Below are positions 14,300 through 26,734 of a stretch of 64,000 nucleotides of DNA, piece by piece. A program made the translations under genes and the position numbers. Location: positions 58,964,001 through 59,028,000 of the forward strand of contig NC_045696.1 in assembly GCF_009834535.1 (NCBI RefSeq). The letters run 5' to 3'. Positions within the stretch are counted from its first letter, which is position 1. Each line of letters opens with the position of its first letter. Under the pieces are notes generated by a model, which ran no database searches, was not told the DNA's origin, and was given only the letters and a program-made list of their open reading frames with translations. The stretch is from Camelus ferus. Lineage: Eukaryota.

Positions 14300-15149
14300 A
14301 AAAATGTTTTCAGTGTTTTTAAGCTCATGGTGGGGAAGGTCCACACCTGACACCAACTGGACAGATTCTACAGTGTCCAAAGGACCTGCCAGTGTCTTCC
14401 AACCAAAAGGGTGGGAGGCTGTCAGGGCTCAAAGCTGCCCCACAGAGGGCTTGTCACTCATCTGAAAACCAAATGAACTTCTGATGCTTTCACTGTCCAG
14501 TGAGCGGCTGACTTCCCTGGTGCCTGGAGCTTTCATTAGGGGCTCTTGATCAAAACAAATACTCTAATAAACAGGCTCATTAAATTTTGTTTTTTATTTC
14601 AGAAATCAGGTTTTGTTTTGTTTTGCTCTTTGTTTTTTAAGTCACCCACATTTTATGTCCTTAGGTTGCTTTAAGTGGCCCAGCTGGCTTTCAGTTAAAT
14701 AAACAAACCATTAGGCTGAGACTCTATGTTAAAATGGGCACAATTAGCAGGTTAATAAATCTAGTCACTTAAGAATTTTAGCCTTGACAAAGATACTCCA
14801 GGGGGAGATAAATTAAAATAGCCTAAAGAAGCCCCCACTACCATCATGAGTCAGTGCAAATACACTGAGCTATTTACACTCCCTCAGATCTTCCTGGGTC
14901 CTGCAGGAATTTAAATTAACCCTCCTTTAGGCTCTGTCCTGGGTCAGCAGGGAAGACTTTCATTGCCTGTTTACTACTGGGGGCTTTTTTTCTTAGCATG
15001 GGAGGAGGAAAGAAGGCATATTTGCTGGGGGGCTCTTGAGAACTGGCCTGTGAGTTCGCTGAGTGGTCCCATGAGCCCTGAGCCCCAGGCAAGGGAGGAG
15101 TTGGAGGCAACGCCCCTGCACTCCTGGGGAGACTTACCCACCTCACTTT

Positions 15150-15720
15150 CTGTTTCATGAATTCACTGAGCACACACCCACAGAGCAGGCCCTGTGCAAT
15201 AATGAATAAGACATGGTCCCTGCCTTCAAGGAGCTTATAATCTGGCAAGGGAGACAGTCAAGCAATTAGAGTAAAAATTCCCAGTTAGAATAAAACGCTT
15301 TCTCCTCAGCCCTAGAGTCCTGCACCATGTCGCCCAGCCTCTCTGAACTCATTCTCTACTGCTTGGTCCCCCACTCCCTTTGCTCCAGCCTCACCATCGA
15401 TGAATAGGCTGACCTTGTTCCCAGCTCAGGGCCTTTGCACTTGCTGTGCTGCCTGCCTGGAGCACTCTTTCTCCAGTTCTCTGCTCAAAAGGTGTCTCCC
15501 CCATGAGGTTTCCTCCATCAGTCAGCTAAGAAAGCATCCCTTCCACCCCCTCTCTATTCTCACTGTCTTAATAGCACTTGTCAGTATTTGGTTAAGCCAG
15601 GTGTGGGTGACTACCCATCTCTCCAGCAGAATGTAAACGCCATGAAGGCAGAACCTGTCTGTGCTGTTCACGGCAGCTTCACCAGAACGACGCCTGGCTC
15701 AGTAAAGACCTGTTGATACC
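15150..15720. mobile_element. L2 LINE fragments
   Basis: gtccctgccttcaaggagcttataatct and cagggcctttgcacttgctgt...agaatgtaaacgccatgaaggcag. Confidence 0.65.
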
Positions 15721-18544
15721 TAAGCACAGTGATAAGGGACGCACAGCTGGTAAGAGAACTCATCCCAGAGGAAGTGACACCTGTGGGAGGAAGTCAGCCA
15801 GATTTCGGGAGGAAGGGGTTACACAGGAGAGAAGGCAGAGAAAGAAGGGGAAAGAGGCCGCAGAACTCCCGTCAGAGTGCCAAGCCAGCAATTTCTGGAT
15901 GATTGCAAAACCCTGGCAAAAGGATAAAGAGGTGAGAAAGAGTACCCAAGTCTGGCCTTCAGCAAAGTGCAGCTGAGCTCTCTTCCAGCAAGAGCTGCCC
16001 TTGAACCTGTTCCTCCTGGAAACCAAACCAGGGAGGGAGAGGCGTGGCTGCATGGCGCCCTCTTGTGGCCAGAGCTCCCAGAACGGGGCGCTGGAGACCG
16101 CGGCTTCAGTGTCTGGCCCTACGGCTCCCTTCTCTGATTCTCTCTTGCCCTTACCCAGACCAAATGAACACACAAGACAGAAAAACAACCACCCACTGTG
16201 GCAAAGGTGATCCTTTGGTGTGGCCGCTGCTTAGACTTGGCCATTTGGACGATTTCATTTTGTCTAAAGGTCAGGGCTGTGTTGGACAATCGTCATGCCA
16301 GCCCACACTCACTGAGCACTTTCCACATTCTGAGGATGCTTGCCTGTTTGTTAAATCAATCCTCACAGCACTGGGGGTGACTGTCAGTGTCCCCACTTCA
16401 CAGAAGAGGCACTTGAGGTGGGGAGAGCTGAACAGGGCTAGGGAGTGGTGGGCAGGACCCACACCATGTGGTCTGCTCCACATCCATGCTCCAGCCATGG
16501 CCCGGTGCCACGCAGAGAGGACAGAAAGGCCAGGCCTGGGCAGCTGAGGGAGAGGCCAAGACAGTGGTCGGTACAGAAGGGGACAAATGCCCCTGCAGTC
16601 ACTGCTGCCCCTGGAGCTGCCGAGAGACTGGAGCCAAAGAAGCTGCCAATAAAGTCAGAAAAACTCCACAGCTGAGGGTGGTGTGGGACGTGGCCTGGAG
16701 CCTCCCGGGTTGCCTTGGGGCACGGAGCCAGGGGTTTCACTGTGCCAGGCTCGGCCTACCCGCTCCCGGCACAGATAGCCCCGGTGCTGCCGGCCCGAGC
16801 GCGTGGCCAAGTCTCTCAGCCTCCCTCACCATTTATGGTATCTGAGCCTCTGTTTGGCCTTCATAGGCCAGTAAATCCCCACACTGGGAGGGGGTTCTCA
16901 CTCACACAGGGCTGTTCTCAGAGTAGATCCAAGTGGCTCTGGCCGAGTTCTTGCCGGGGACCTCTCTGTTTCTGCTTTAAAACATGATTGGATGGGCTGT
17001 CACTCAGGTCCCCCACCTCCCACAGACCTGGGGGCAAGGATGTGATAGCCCCAAAGTCTTCCTGATCCTTCATCTGGGGACCCACCTCCAGTAGGGCTGT
17101 TAGCTCAGCTGGGTCTCTTCAATCCAGTCTAAACATGGGCAGCCCAGGACAGGCTCTGGATTAGTGGGGGGTGGGCTGGAGCCAGCAGGGGGTCTCAGAC
17201 CACAGACCCATCATGCACCTCCTGGCTCTCTCCACGGCTATAAGCTTTGGCAGAGGCCACGCAGACCTCCGAGGCGGGGGGGCCCTGCTGGGAAGGTAGG
17301 AGTGGCTCCCCGGCCCGATCTGTTCTCCTTTCCTCTTGAGTATCATTACCACAATCTCCCCAGGCCCCTCAACGAGCCAGGAGAGAGATCTGTGAGGAGA
17401 AAGGGGATGGAGTGTAAACCAGAATGCTGCGACCCAAGTGGGGAGGGGTGCCAGTTTCCAGGTGTTGACTCCTTGCCAGGCACTTCAGAGGAATCAGAGA
17501 GTCTGGGAGTGTGCCCCGCCTTGGCAGAAAGCCTCCCTGAGCCAAAGGCAGCTGTGCTCTCCATCAGTGCCATCCTCTATCCCTAGAGGGCGACACTGGG
17601 ACCAGGGGACTCGCACTCTGGAGAAAGGTAAGGCGAAGGGATGAGCAGGGGCTTGGAGATCTGGGTTCGAAAGGCGAGCACGGCCCACTAGCTTGGGGTG
17701 CTTAGGCAAGTTACACTGACTTCTTGAGACCTCCAGACCCTCCGTGTGAGGCAGGAAGAGCACTGCCCCCCACCCCTGCCCCCCACCAGGGCTCTTGGGG
17801 GACAGAACCCTGGGGGACAGAGTGAGGAGACCTGCCTCCTGCTAGTCTGCCGGCAGCAGGGCATGGCGCACCCGGTCCAAACACCCAGGCCCCAGTCACA
17901 TGCGGGAGCTGGGGGCCCAGGCCCGGCTGAGGGTGGGGAGTCAGGCCCACCTGAACACCCTTCCCCAGCACTGTCACCACACCGGCTGATACCACAGCGC
18001 AGACAGATCTGTCTTAAGTCTGTGGCTCCCCCTCAACTTCCTGGGACTAAGTGCTTGGTGCTGATAAATAAATGACCATGATAATTCAATTGCTGGACAC
18101 CAGGCTGGTGATGTATCAGAACAAGCCTGGGTAGAGGGGAGGAGCAGGGGCAGAAGGAAAAGGGGGACAGACTGTGACCCTCTGGAAGCTTCAGTACCAG
18201 CACTTGTAGCCCAGTGTCGCCCAACACATGGGGGGTCATTTGTGAGAGCTCAGTTCCTATGGGGATATGTCGTCTTTCAGTGTGTGTGGTTTCCTGCTTA
18301 CCAGACTGGGAGCTTTTTGAGCTAAGAAAGTCTTTGCCTCTTTCCCCTGCATCTTCCGGCAGCCCCGGTGGGGTGAGGGTGTGGGGTATTGGACTCATGT
18401 CCATCTCCCATAGCAGAGCCTGGTTACTGTGAGCCCCCGGAGGGCATCGCCTCCACCTGCCTGCCTTTAGGAGCAGTACCCTTTCCCCAGAGCAGATGTG
18501 TTTGTAGGAAAGATGCTGCTAGAGAGGTGCCCAGAGGCTCCTAC

Positions 18545-18697
18545 CTCGGACAGTGACCCGGGCGCTGCAGGACACCTGCCCCAAGGTGTTCTCGGCCAGA
18601 CAGGTGTACATGCCGTCGTCCTCCGGGAGGGCATCCTGGATGTGGAGCTCAGCCACACCAGCCTCGCAGGTAGAGTGAGCGTACTGGATGGGCTGCT
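18545..18697 (-). CDS. MYLK: MYLK exon 13-equivalent (153 nt), rest of Ig4: (E)QPIQYAHSTCEAGVAELHIQDALPEDDGMYTCLAENTLGQVSCSARVTVR
   Basis: cacag|AG CAG, CGAG|gtagga; phase 1-1. Confidence 0.95.
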
Positions 18698-20112
18698 CTG
18701 TGGAGGGAAGCACAGGGAGGCTCAGGCCAGGAAGCACACGGTGGTGGGGATGGGAATCCTATCCTCAGCAGGGCTGCTGTTGTCATGACGCTGCTGTTCC
18801 CCATATTTGCTCAGGACCCTCCTGCCCCAAGCTAGCTGGACAAAGGCTTGAAGGGTCCAGGGGGGAGAAAGAGACAGGTGCTAGGGAGGTGAAGGAGAGG
18901 GAGAGATTGTGTGGGGTGAAGGAGCGAGACTGGGGCTGGGAGGACTTGGCAGAGAGATTTTGGAGGCATTTAGAATGAAGGACAAGAAGGGACATAGTTC
19001 TGTGCATTTTGTTTAAATAAAGAGTCCCCAAATCCACATCCTAGATTTCACAGAATTCTGAGCCTGGAAAGAATCTTAACAGGGTCATCTGGCCCATAGC
19101 CCACTCCCCTAGACTGAACATGAGGCTCCTGGCTCCTTTTAGATGTCTCTAGAAACAATCATCCCATTTCCCACTGTGGATATGTATCAGAGGCAATTGT
19201 GCACCCTCAACCTGATGCTGCAATGAGTACATTTTAGGATTCATAGAACAGATAAACACAGGGAACTAAAAACGACTCTGGCCCCTTCTTCCAAGAGACC
19301 CTTGCATGAGAGGCCCTTTATTCAGGTCACATAAAATCCTTTGTGGAGATAGAAGTGTGTGCTATGAAATTCAGTGGTTTCCTTAATGCTGTATGTTCCT
19401 GGGACTTATCATTCCAGGATGTGGGCTTTCATTTCCAGGAAAAGAAAAAATCTCATTACTGAAGATTCTGGCCTTAGAGCAGGAATGTGACTGTTCACCA
19501 TATAGGAAGCAACTGTCAGTTTCTTCCTTTGTCAGCCCCAGGATCCTGGTTTGCACTTCATAAAACTGGGGGTGCACAGTGGGAAAGGGACAAAGTACAG
19601 AAAGAGGCCCTCTCCCTGCAATGCAGTGTTTTCTTCTGCACATAGCAACACTTCACGTCTCCATGACAGTCTAGCAGAGCCTGCCAAGCAAGCCATAGGG
19701 CCGGAGGGGAGAGATTCCACTGGCCTGACTGCACTTCATAAAAGTGGGGCTGGGGGCTGGGAGAGCCAGGGGACAGGGGCCAGCTACTGAGAGGACTGGA
19801 CACCGTTCTGTGTGTGTATGTGTGACTGTGTGTGAAAATGACACCCTAAAACCTCTCCTCCTTGAGAATACCAGTACATTCCATAACTGCCGTCAAAGTG
19901 CCTCTAAGGTCGAAACTTGTGCCGACAAGCTGTTTGAGAGCTCTCCTTTCACTGGAAAATGACTCATATCGGTCCACAAGCAGGGGGTAGAATGGTGGCC
20001 CCAGAAAGGAGCTCTTGGCCCAGGGCATTCAGAATTGGGCGACACAGAATGCCCAGCTCCAAGACTGGTAAGACCAGAGGGGGAGGCCAAGGGTCCCTGA
20101 TTTGTGCACGAT

Positions 20113-20125
20113 CGCCCTCTAGTGG
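20113..20125 (-). promoter_or_regulatory. Candidate CTCF core motif CCACTAGAGGGCG
   Basis: Matches CCRSYAGRKGGCR; motif only. Confidence 0.45.
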
Positions 20126-20198
20126 GGAGAGTGTGAAAATGCCAAGATTCACCAAGAATAAGAATGTGGGTTGCTTTTCAGTCTGGAGAGGTATAGAC

Positions 20199-20522
20199 CA
20201 CAGGTCAGCAAACTTCTGCTCGTGTGCCAAATCCCACCTGCAGCCAGTTTTTGTATAGCTGGAGAGCTAAGAATACTTCTACATATTTTAAATGATGGAA
20301 AAAAATCAAAGGGATAATATTTCATGACATGTGTGAAAATTATATGAAATTCACATTTGTATTCATAAATAAAGTTGTATTGCAACACAGCCACACTCAC
20401 TCACTTATGTATTGTCTCTGGCTGCGCTTTGCACAACAACAGCAGACTTGAGTAGCTGTGACAGAGACTGTGGCCTGCAAAGCTGCAACTGGCCTTTTAT
20501 AGATAACCTTTCTTGACTCCTG
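20199..20522 (+). mobile_element. MER58B-like hAT-Charlie MITE
   Basis: Termini cacaggtcagcaaac / tttcttgactcctg; internal aataaagttgtattgcaacacagccac. Confidence 0.8.
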
Positions 20523-21693
20523 GTCTGAACACTGAGCCAGACAGAAGGGAAACGCTCTTACTCAGATCCATGACTAGCCTTAACATCCATGCTTTGTTCC
20601 AGCATCCCCTCAATCATGGGATCCGACAGGAGCTCTGTCCATAGTGAGGGGGGAGCAGAGGGAGACCCCAATTCTCACCTCTCTGCCCAAGAAGACCACA
20701 CTGAGGAAGACTCCAAGACATCTTCTCTCACTGACTGAAGGTCATATTTCTAGCAAAGTCTAAGCAAACTATATGGATGAGGTCAATGGCACAGAAATGA
20801 CTGAGGGCTATTTGGTGCACAGGTAACAGGTCGCTGCTCCCTTAAGGAGCCTATTCCATCAGCTGTGAGAGCTGGCCAAGACCCAAACCTTCTATTCCAG
20901 CCCATTTCCTCACCAATAAAGAAGCCGACACCCAGAGAGGTAAAGTGGGGTGTCCAAGATCATCCAACCACCCAACCAACCAAATATCCTTGTCTCCTAC
21001 TCCTGGCAGATTTTCCTGCATCCTCTGTGCGGATCCCCAAACAGACCCCGCTCCATTACATCAACTGTATGGACTGTTCTCAGTTCTAATAATAGAGTTC
21101 TCCCATACTTTTGGAATGGAAAGACTTCTTTTAAAAAGAGAAGGGTTATAATATATAATAATTATTTTTTAAAGGACTTGGCAAAAAAGAGTTGGCATGT
21201 CTCTATAGGATTTTAACATTAAAAAGAATTACTGCTCTATGAACCCCCCAAATCACCTGCCACTAAATCAAAGGCAAGATCCCATAAGCAACTGCTACTG
21301 TGGTTCATTAATTTATTGGTTTATTTTTTCATTTATTCACTCAAAAATATTTGTTGAGGGCCTACTATAAGCCTGTCATATAAAAAGGAACTAAATTGCT
21401 TGTGCACCTATGTGCCAGGCATCTCATTAACTGTCTTATATAAAGGATCTAATTTAATTTTCACAACTGCCATCTGGAAGGCATATTGTGCAGAAGAGGA
21501 GTGGAAGGCTCAGACGGGAGTAAAACTTGTCCAGTGTCCGTGGCCAGGGGATAGCAGACTCCCAGGTCCCATGCTCTCTTTGGACCTGTGCTTCCTTCTT
21601 ATGCATAAATGGTTTAGAGTGATAAGTGGGGAAGTCAAGTGAGAGTGCAGGCAGGGCCAAAGGGCCTGGGGGGCTGCAGCTGCAGGAACTCAC

Positions 21694-21828
21694 CATTGAG
21701 CAGCCAAGTGATTCGGGGCACTGGGATCCCCTGCACCGAGCACTGCAGCACGAAGTCCTGGCCCTCAACGACGGCACAGTCCTTCAGGACACTGGAGAAC
21801 GAGGGGGCCACATCCTTCATTGTTAGCC
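21694..21828 (-). CDS. MYLK: MYLK exon 12-equivalent (135 nt), start of Ig4: LTMKDVAPSFSSVLKDCAVVEGQDFVLQCSVQGIPVPRITWLLN
   Basis: cacag|GG CTA, AATG|gtgagt; phase 1-1. Confidence 0.96.
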
Positions 21829-22796
21829 CTGTGAGTGCAAAGAACAGACAGGCTGTCTCAGGTCACAGCTGGCTGGTTCTGGTGACTGACTGCAGACACC
21901 TCACTGCCCTGGGTGCCCAGGGCTTCCTCGGAGGCCTGGCTTTGCCTTACCCATCATCACACAAGGAAGCAGGCAGCACCCCTGCTGTAAGGACCTGAAG
22001 CCTGAGGCAGAGGGACTGGCAGGGGCCTTTCTACCGTCACCAAACACCCCAGGTCTGGGGGTGCTCAAGACCTGGGCCAGCCTCCTCTCCTCTGAGACAC
22101 GGGTGCCCTTCATCTTGTCTTGACTTTCACTACCCTGGAGCATCCCCAGAGCACCTTCTTCCCCCTTTCTTAGTCCTATTCTATTTTCTGGTGTCTTTGA
22201 TTGTCTTTAACCTATCCCATCCAACCCTGCACATGCTTATGAATATCTTCTTACTTGTAGAGACCACATGTCCACTGGTGAGGAAGTTTCAACTTTAAAT
22301 AATTAGAACTTTTTTCCAACTCCTGACAAAGACTCATATAGGTTCTAGTCTTCCAACCTAGGCCAGTGGCTCAGAGCCACCGGGGGCCTGGGACGATGCG
22401 TTACTAAGTCCCCCCGGGATCCTGATGAACATTCTAGCTGAGAATCACCAGGCTGGACTTTTCCCAAGCCTTCTACATCAGTGAGTCAGGGAGCATCTTG
22501 TACTGGGGACCATAATTAACAGATGGATAATCTCTTCTACATGGTGCAGAAAAGTCAAGGTGGCTGACAGTTGAGAAAAGGCAACTATATTTGGTGATTA
22601 GAAGACATCTCACTGGTGCCTTTCAAGAGAAATTATTCAATACAGTGATGAGGGGGAAACTACATTAAACTGCAAAGGTTTAAGGGCAAAAAAAAAAAAA
22701 ATACTGGAAGGCTTCCTGGGTACTTTTCTAGGTGTGACTGTGACAATACCATGAGATTGCTACCTTTGGCTCCTTTTACTGCTGAAGTTAAAAAAG

Positions 22797-24750
22797 TTTT
22801 GAACGTTAATTTTGTAACCTGTAACCTTGCTGAATTCTTCAATCAGTTGCATTTCTCTACACTAACGATGAATCAACAGAAAAAGAAAGTAAAGAAACAA
22901 TCCCCTTTAAAATAGCACCCAAAGTAATAAAATATCTGGGAATAAATCTAAACAAGGAGGTGAAAGAATTATACACAGAGAACTATAAACCATTGATGAA
23001 GGAAATTAAAGAAGACTTTAAAAAATGGAAAGATATCCCATGCTCTTGGATTGGAAGAATCAATATTGTTAAAATGGTCACACTGCCCAAGGCAATCTAC
23101 AGATTTAATGCAATCCCTATCAAATTACCCAGGACATATTTCACAGAACTAGAAAAAATCATAATAAAATTTACATGGAACCATCAAAGACCTAGAATTG
23201 CCAAAGCATTACTGAAGAGAAAGAAAGAGGCTGGAGGAATAACTCTCCCAGATTTCAGACAATACTATAGAGCTACAGTCATCAAGACAGCATGGTATTG
23301 GTACAAAAACAGACATATAGACCAATGGAACAGAATAGAGAGCCCAGAAATGAACCCACAAACTTTTGGTCAACTAATCTTCGACAAAGGAGGCAACAAT
23401 ATACAATGGAATAAAGACAGTCTCTTCAGCAAATGGTGTTGGGAAAACTGGACAGCAGCATGTAAAACAATGAAGCTAGAACACTCCCTTACACCATACA
23501 CAAAAATCAACTCAAAGTGGATCAAAGACTTAAACATAAGACAAGATACAATAAACCTCCTAGAGGAAAACATAGGCAAAACATTATCTGACATACATCT
23601 CAAAAATTTTCTCCTTGTAGAAATAAAAGCAAGAATAAACAAATGGGACCTAATGAAACTTACAAGCTTCTGCACAGCAAAGGAAACCATAAGTAAAACA
23701 AGAAGACAACCTATGGAATGGGAGAAAATTTTTGCAAATGAAACCAACAAAGGCTTGATCTCCAGAATATATAAGCAGCTCATACGACTCAATAATAAAA
23801 TAAACAACCCAATCCAAAAATGGGCAGAAGACCTAAACAAGCAGTTCTCCAAGAAGACATACAAATGATCAAAAGGCACATGAAAAAATGCTCAGTATCA
23901 CTAATTATCAGAGAAATGCAAATCAAAACTACAATGAGGTATCACCTCACACCAGTCAGAATGGCCATCATTCAAACATCCACAAATGACAAACGCTGGA
24001 GAGGCTGTGGAGAAAGGGGAACCCTCCTTCACTGCTGGTGGGAATGCAGTTTGGTGCAGCCACTATGGAAAACAGTGTGGAGATTCCTCAAAAGACTAGG
24101 AATAGACTTACCGTATGACCCAGGAATCCCACTCCTGGGCTTGTATCCAGAAGGAACCCTACTTCAGGATGACACCTGCACCCCAATGTTCATAGCAGAC
24201 TATTTACAATAGCCAAAACATTGAAAAAGCCTAAATGTCCATCAACAGGTGACTGGATAAAGAAGAAGTAGTATATTTATACAATGGAATACTACTCAGC
24301 CATAAAAACCGACAACATAATGCCATTTGCAGCAACATGGATGCTCCTGGAGAATGTCATTCTAAGTGAAGTAAGCCAGAAAGAGAAAGAAAAATACCAT
24401 ATGAGATCGCTCATATGTGGAATCTAAAAAACAAACAAACAAACAAACAAAAACAAAGCGTAAATACAGGACAGAAATAGACTCATAGACAGAGAATACA
24501 GACTTGTGGTTGCCAGGGGGACAGAGGGTGGGAAAGGATAGACTGGGATTTCAAAATTGTAGAATAGATAAACAAGATTATACTATATAGCACAGGGAAA
24601 TATACACAAAACGTTATGGTAGCTCACAGAGAAAAAAATGTGACAATGAGTGTGTATAAGTCCATGTATGACTGAAAAATTGTGCTGAACAGTGGAATTT
24701 GACACAACATTGTAAAATGATTATAAATCAATAAAAAATGTTAAAAAAAA
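22797..24750 (+). mobile_element. Young 5'-truncated L1 (ORF2 3' part, 3'UTR, poly-A) with 44-bp 5' inversion
   Basis: ORFs 22960..23868 ([25 protein letters not shown]) and 23820..24212 (HCWWEC) are L1 ORF2; aataaa then A tail. Confidence 0.96.
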
Positions 24751-24774
24751 CAAAATTATACCAAAAAAATTGTT

Positions 24775-24922
24775 TTTAAAGATTTTTTGTTTGTTTTGAG
24801 AGGTAATTGGATCCATTTCTTTATTAGTAGTTAGCTTTTTTTTTAAATGGAAGTATTGTGGGGATTGAACCCATGACCTCATGTATGCTAAATACACACT
24901 CTACCACTGGGCTATACCCTCC
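24775..24922 (-). mobile_element. tRNA-derived SINE (Vic-1-like), diverged
   Basis: Reverse strand gagggtatagcccagtggtagag...gggttcaatcccc, then A-rich tail. Confidence 0.8.
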
Positions 24923-25885
24923 TCACTACAGATGAAGTTAATAATTTCCCCTAGTCAGTGCAATGGTGAAGCGAGGCTTCACACCCAACTCTCTGACTCT
25001 ACATCCGTACTTCCTCCTCCAGACCAGAGCTCCCCTAAGGGGAGAGCGGGAAGTGGGAGGGCAGATGCAAGTCAGAATGATGATGTATCTGAACGGAGCT
25101 GGTACTGAGGGAAGGGATGGACAGCCTATCTGGACATGTGTGGGGAGGCACCACCTCCACCCCTTTCCCCTGGCTGGCATCAAATTCCCTCATCAGGGAA
25201 ATGCCTTTGGGAGTCACCGAAAACAATATGGGCTTTTGTGTCAGACCAACATGGATTAGGAATATGCTATTTTTTACAAGGCATGAGACCTTGAACAAGT
25301 CACATGTAGTGTAGTGAAGTGACACTACAGCTCAGTATTCTTCTTTGGAAAAGGGTGTAACCCTAACAATCACCTAAGACTGTTGGGATAACTAAATGGA
25401 ACCCTGCAAGTAAAGCATTTAGCACAAAGCCTGGCACATTGAACAGGCTTTCGGTGGGGTGTTAGCTGTTATTATCAGGCGGAAGTTGTGCATGGAGACT
25501 GGGCTAGCAGCAAGTTTTGGGGTGAAATACAGTGGAGAGATAACAAGAGAATTTAAGGGGGCAGTGAAGCAGAAGAAAGATTTTTTTTCCTCTTTATTTT
25601 CAGCCAAGGGAAGACCAGAGCATGCTTGTAGGGAGGAGAAAGAGGCCTTGAGATAAGAGGTGTGGGGAAGATTGAAGAAATGGTGAGAGAGGAAATCATT
25701 ATCAGACCCGGTCTTTGTGGTGATGGAAAGAGAAGTCTTGGTAAGGGAACCAGGCAACTCTCCTGCAGTGCTAGGGAAAAGGAAGCAAGAGGCGTCAGAG
25801 GACCTGTGTCTTGTGAAGGCTTCTGCAGGCGTTTCAGCACAGCTAAGGAGAAAGGAAGTCCAGGAGGAGGACTTCTGGAACCGCA

Positions 25886-25929
25886 GACTAAGGAGTAAGG
25901 ATTAAGACTAAGGCAGACTAAGGACTAAG
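25886..25929. repeat. Degenerate GACTAAG tandem repeat
   Basis: gactaag gagtaag gattaa gactaag gca gactaag gactaag. Confidence 0.75.
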
Positions 25930-26734
25930 TCCGCTCTTCCAGACGAGCAACAGGAACACTAGCAAAAATACTCGATGTCAGCTTTCTCAAAACTCTGCAG
26001 ATTCACCAAAGGCTTGCAGCACTCTGAGGAGCCTTCATGCAAAAACAAACAAACGGCTGAATCTTGGTAAGAACAGTGAGCTTCGTGGCATGCCCAATTC
26101 CTGCTCCTGTGTCCCAGCTCTGTGGGAGCTTTAAAAGCCAACATTGCCTTTCACCCCCAACTCGCTGCAGGTACAGCGTATACACCCAGCTTCCCTTTAA
26201 TAACAATAGCTAACACTCCAACCAAAGCCTGCTGGTTTTTACCCTTTGGTGGACACGATGCCATGTGAGTCCTCTGTCTTAACACAGAGCCCTGGATGCT
26301 GAGGCTTGATTTCCTGGACCTGGGACCTCTGCCTAAAGGCACTCCCACCTCCAAAGGCATGGATAATATTTCTGGCAAAGAAACTAACAAATGTAGTAAA
26401 ATTCCCAATTAAGAAGTGAGTCAGCACTATGCAATCAAAAGCAAGACTACTTCTCACCCTTCCCTGTGGATCTCCAGTTTCTCCTCCTAGAAGTAACCTA
26501 TGGACCCTTCCAGAAATGTCTATGAAAACACAAGCATCAGTTTGCATTATGTACATAGATTTTTTTTTCCTTCAATGCAAACAGTCTATGATAGACATGG
26601 CCCTCTCTGCTCTTGGCTCATCCCTTGTACTAACATATCTTGGACAGGTTTCACCAGCAGAGTCCCCAGGTCAGGCACATTTGTTCCACTGGCTGCATGA
26701 TGTTCTACTGTGTGGATGAACCAGTGAATTCTTT

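Noticed and set aside
23814..23823. CArG box CCAAAAATGG
   Set aside because: Lies inside L1 ORF2 sequence with no sign of a host role
22960..24212. 302-aa and 130-aa plus-strand ORFs as a host gene
   Set aside because: They are L1 ORF2 fragments from a 5'-truncated, frameshifted copy
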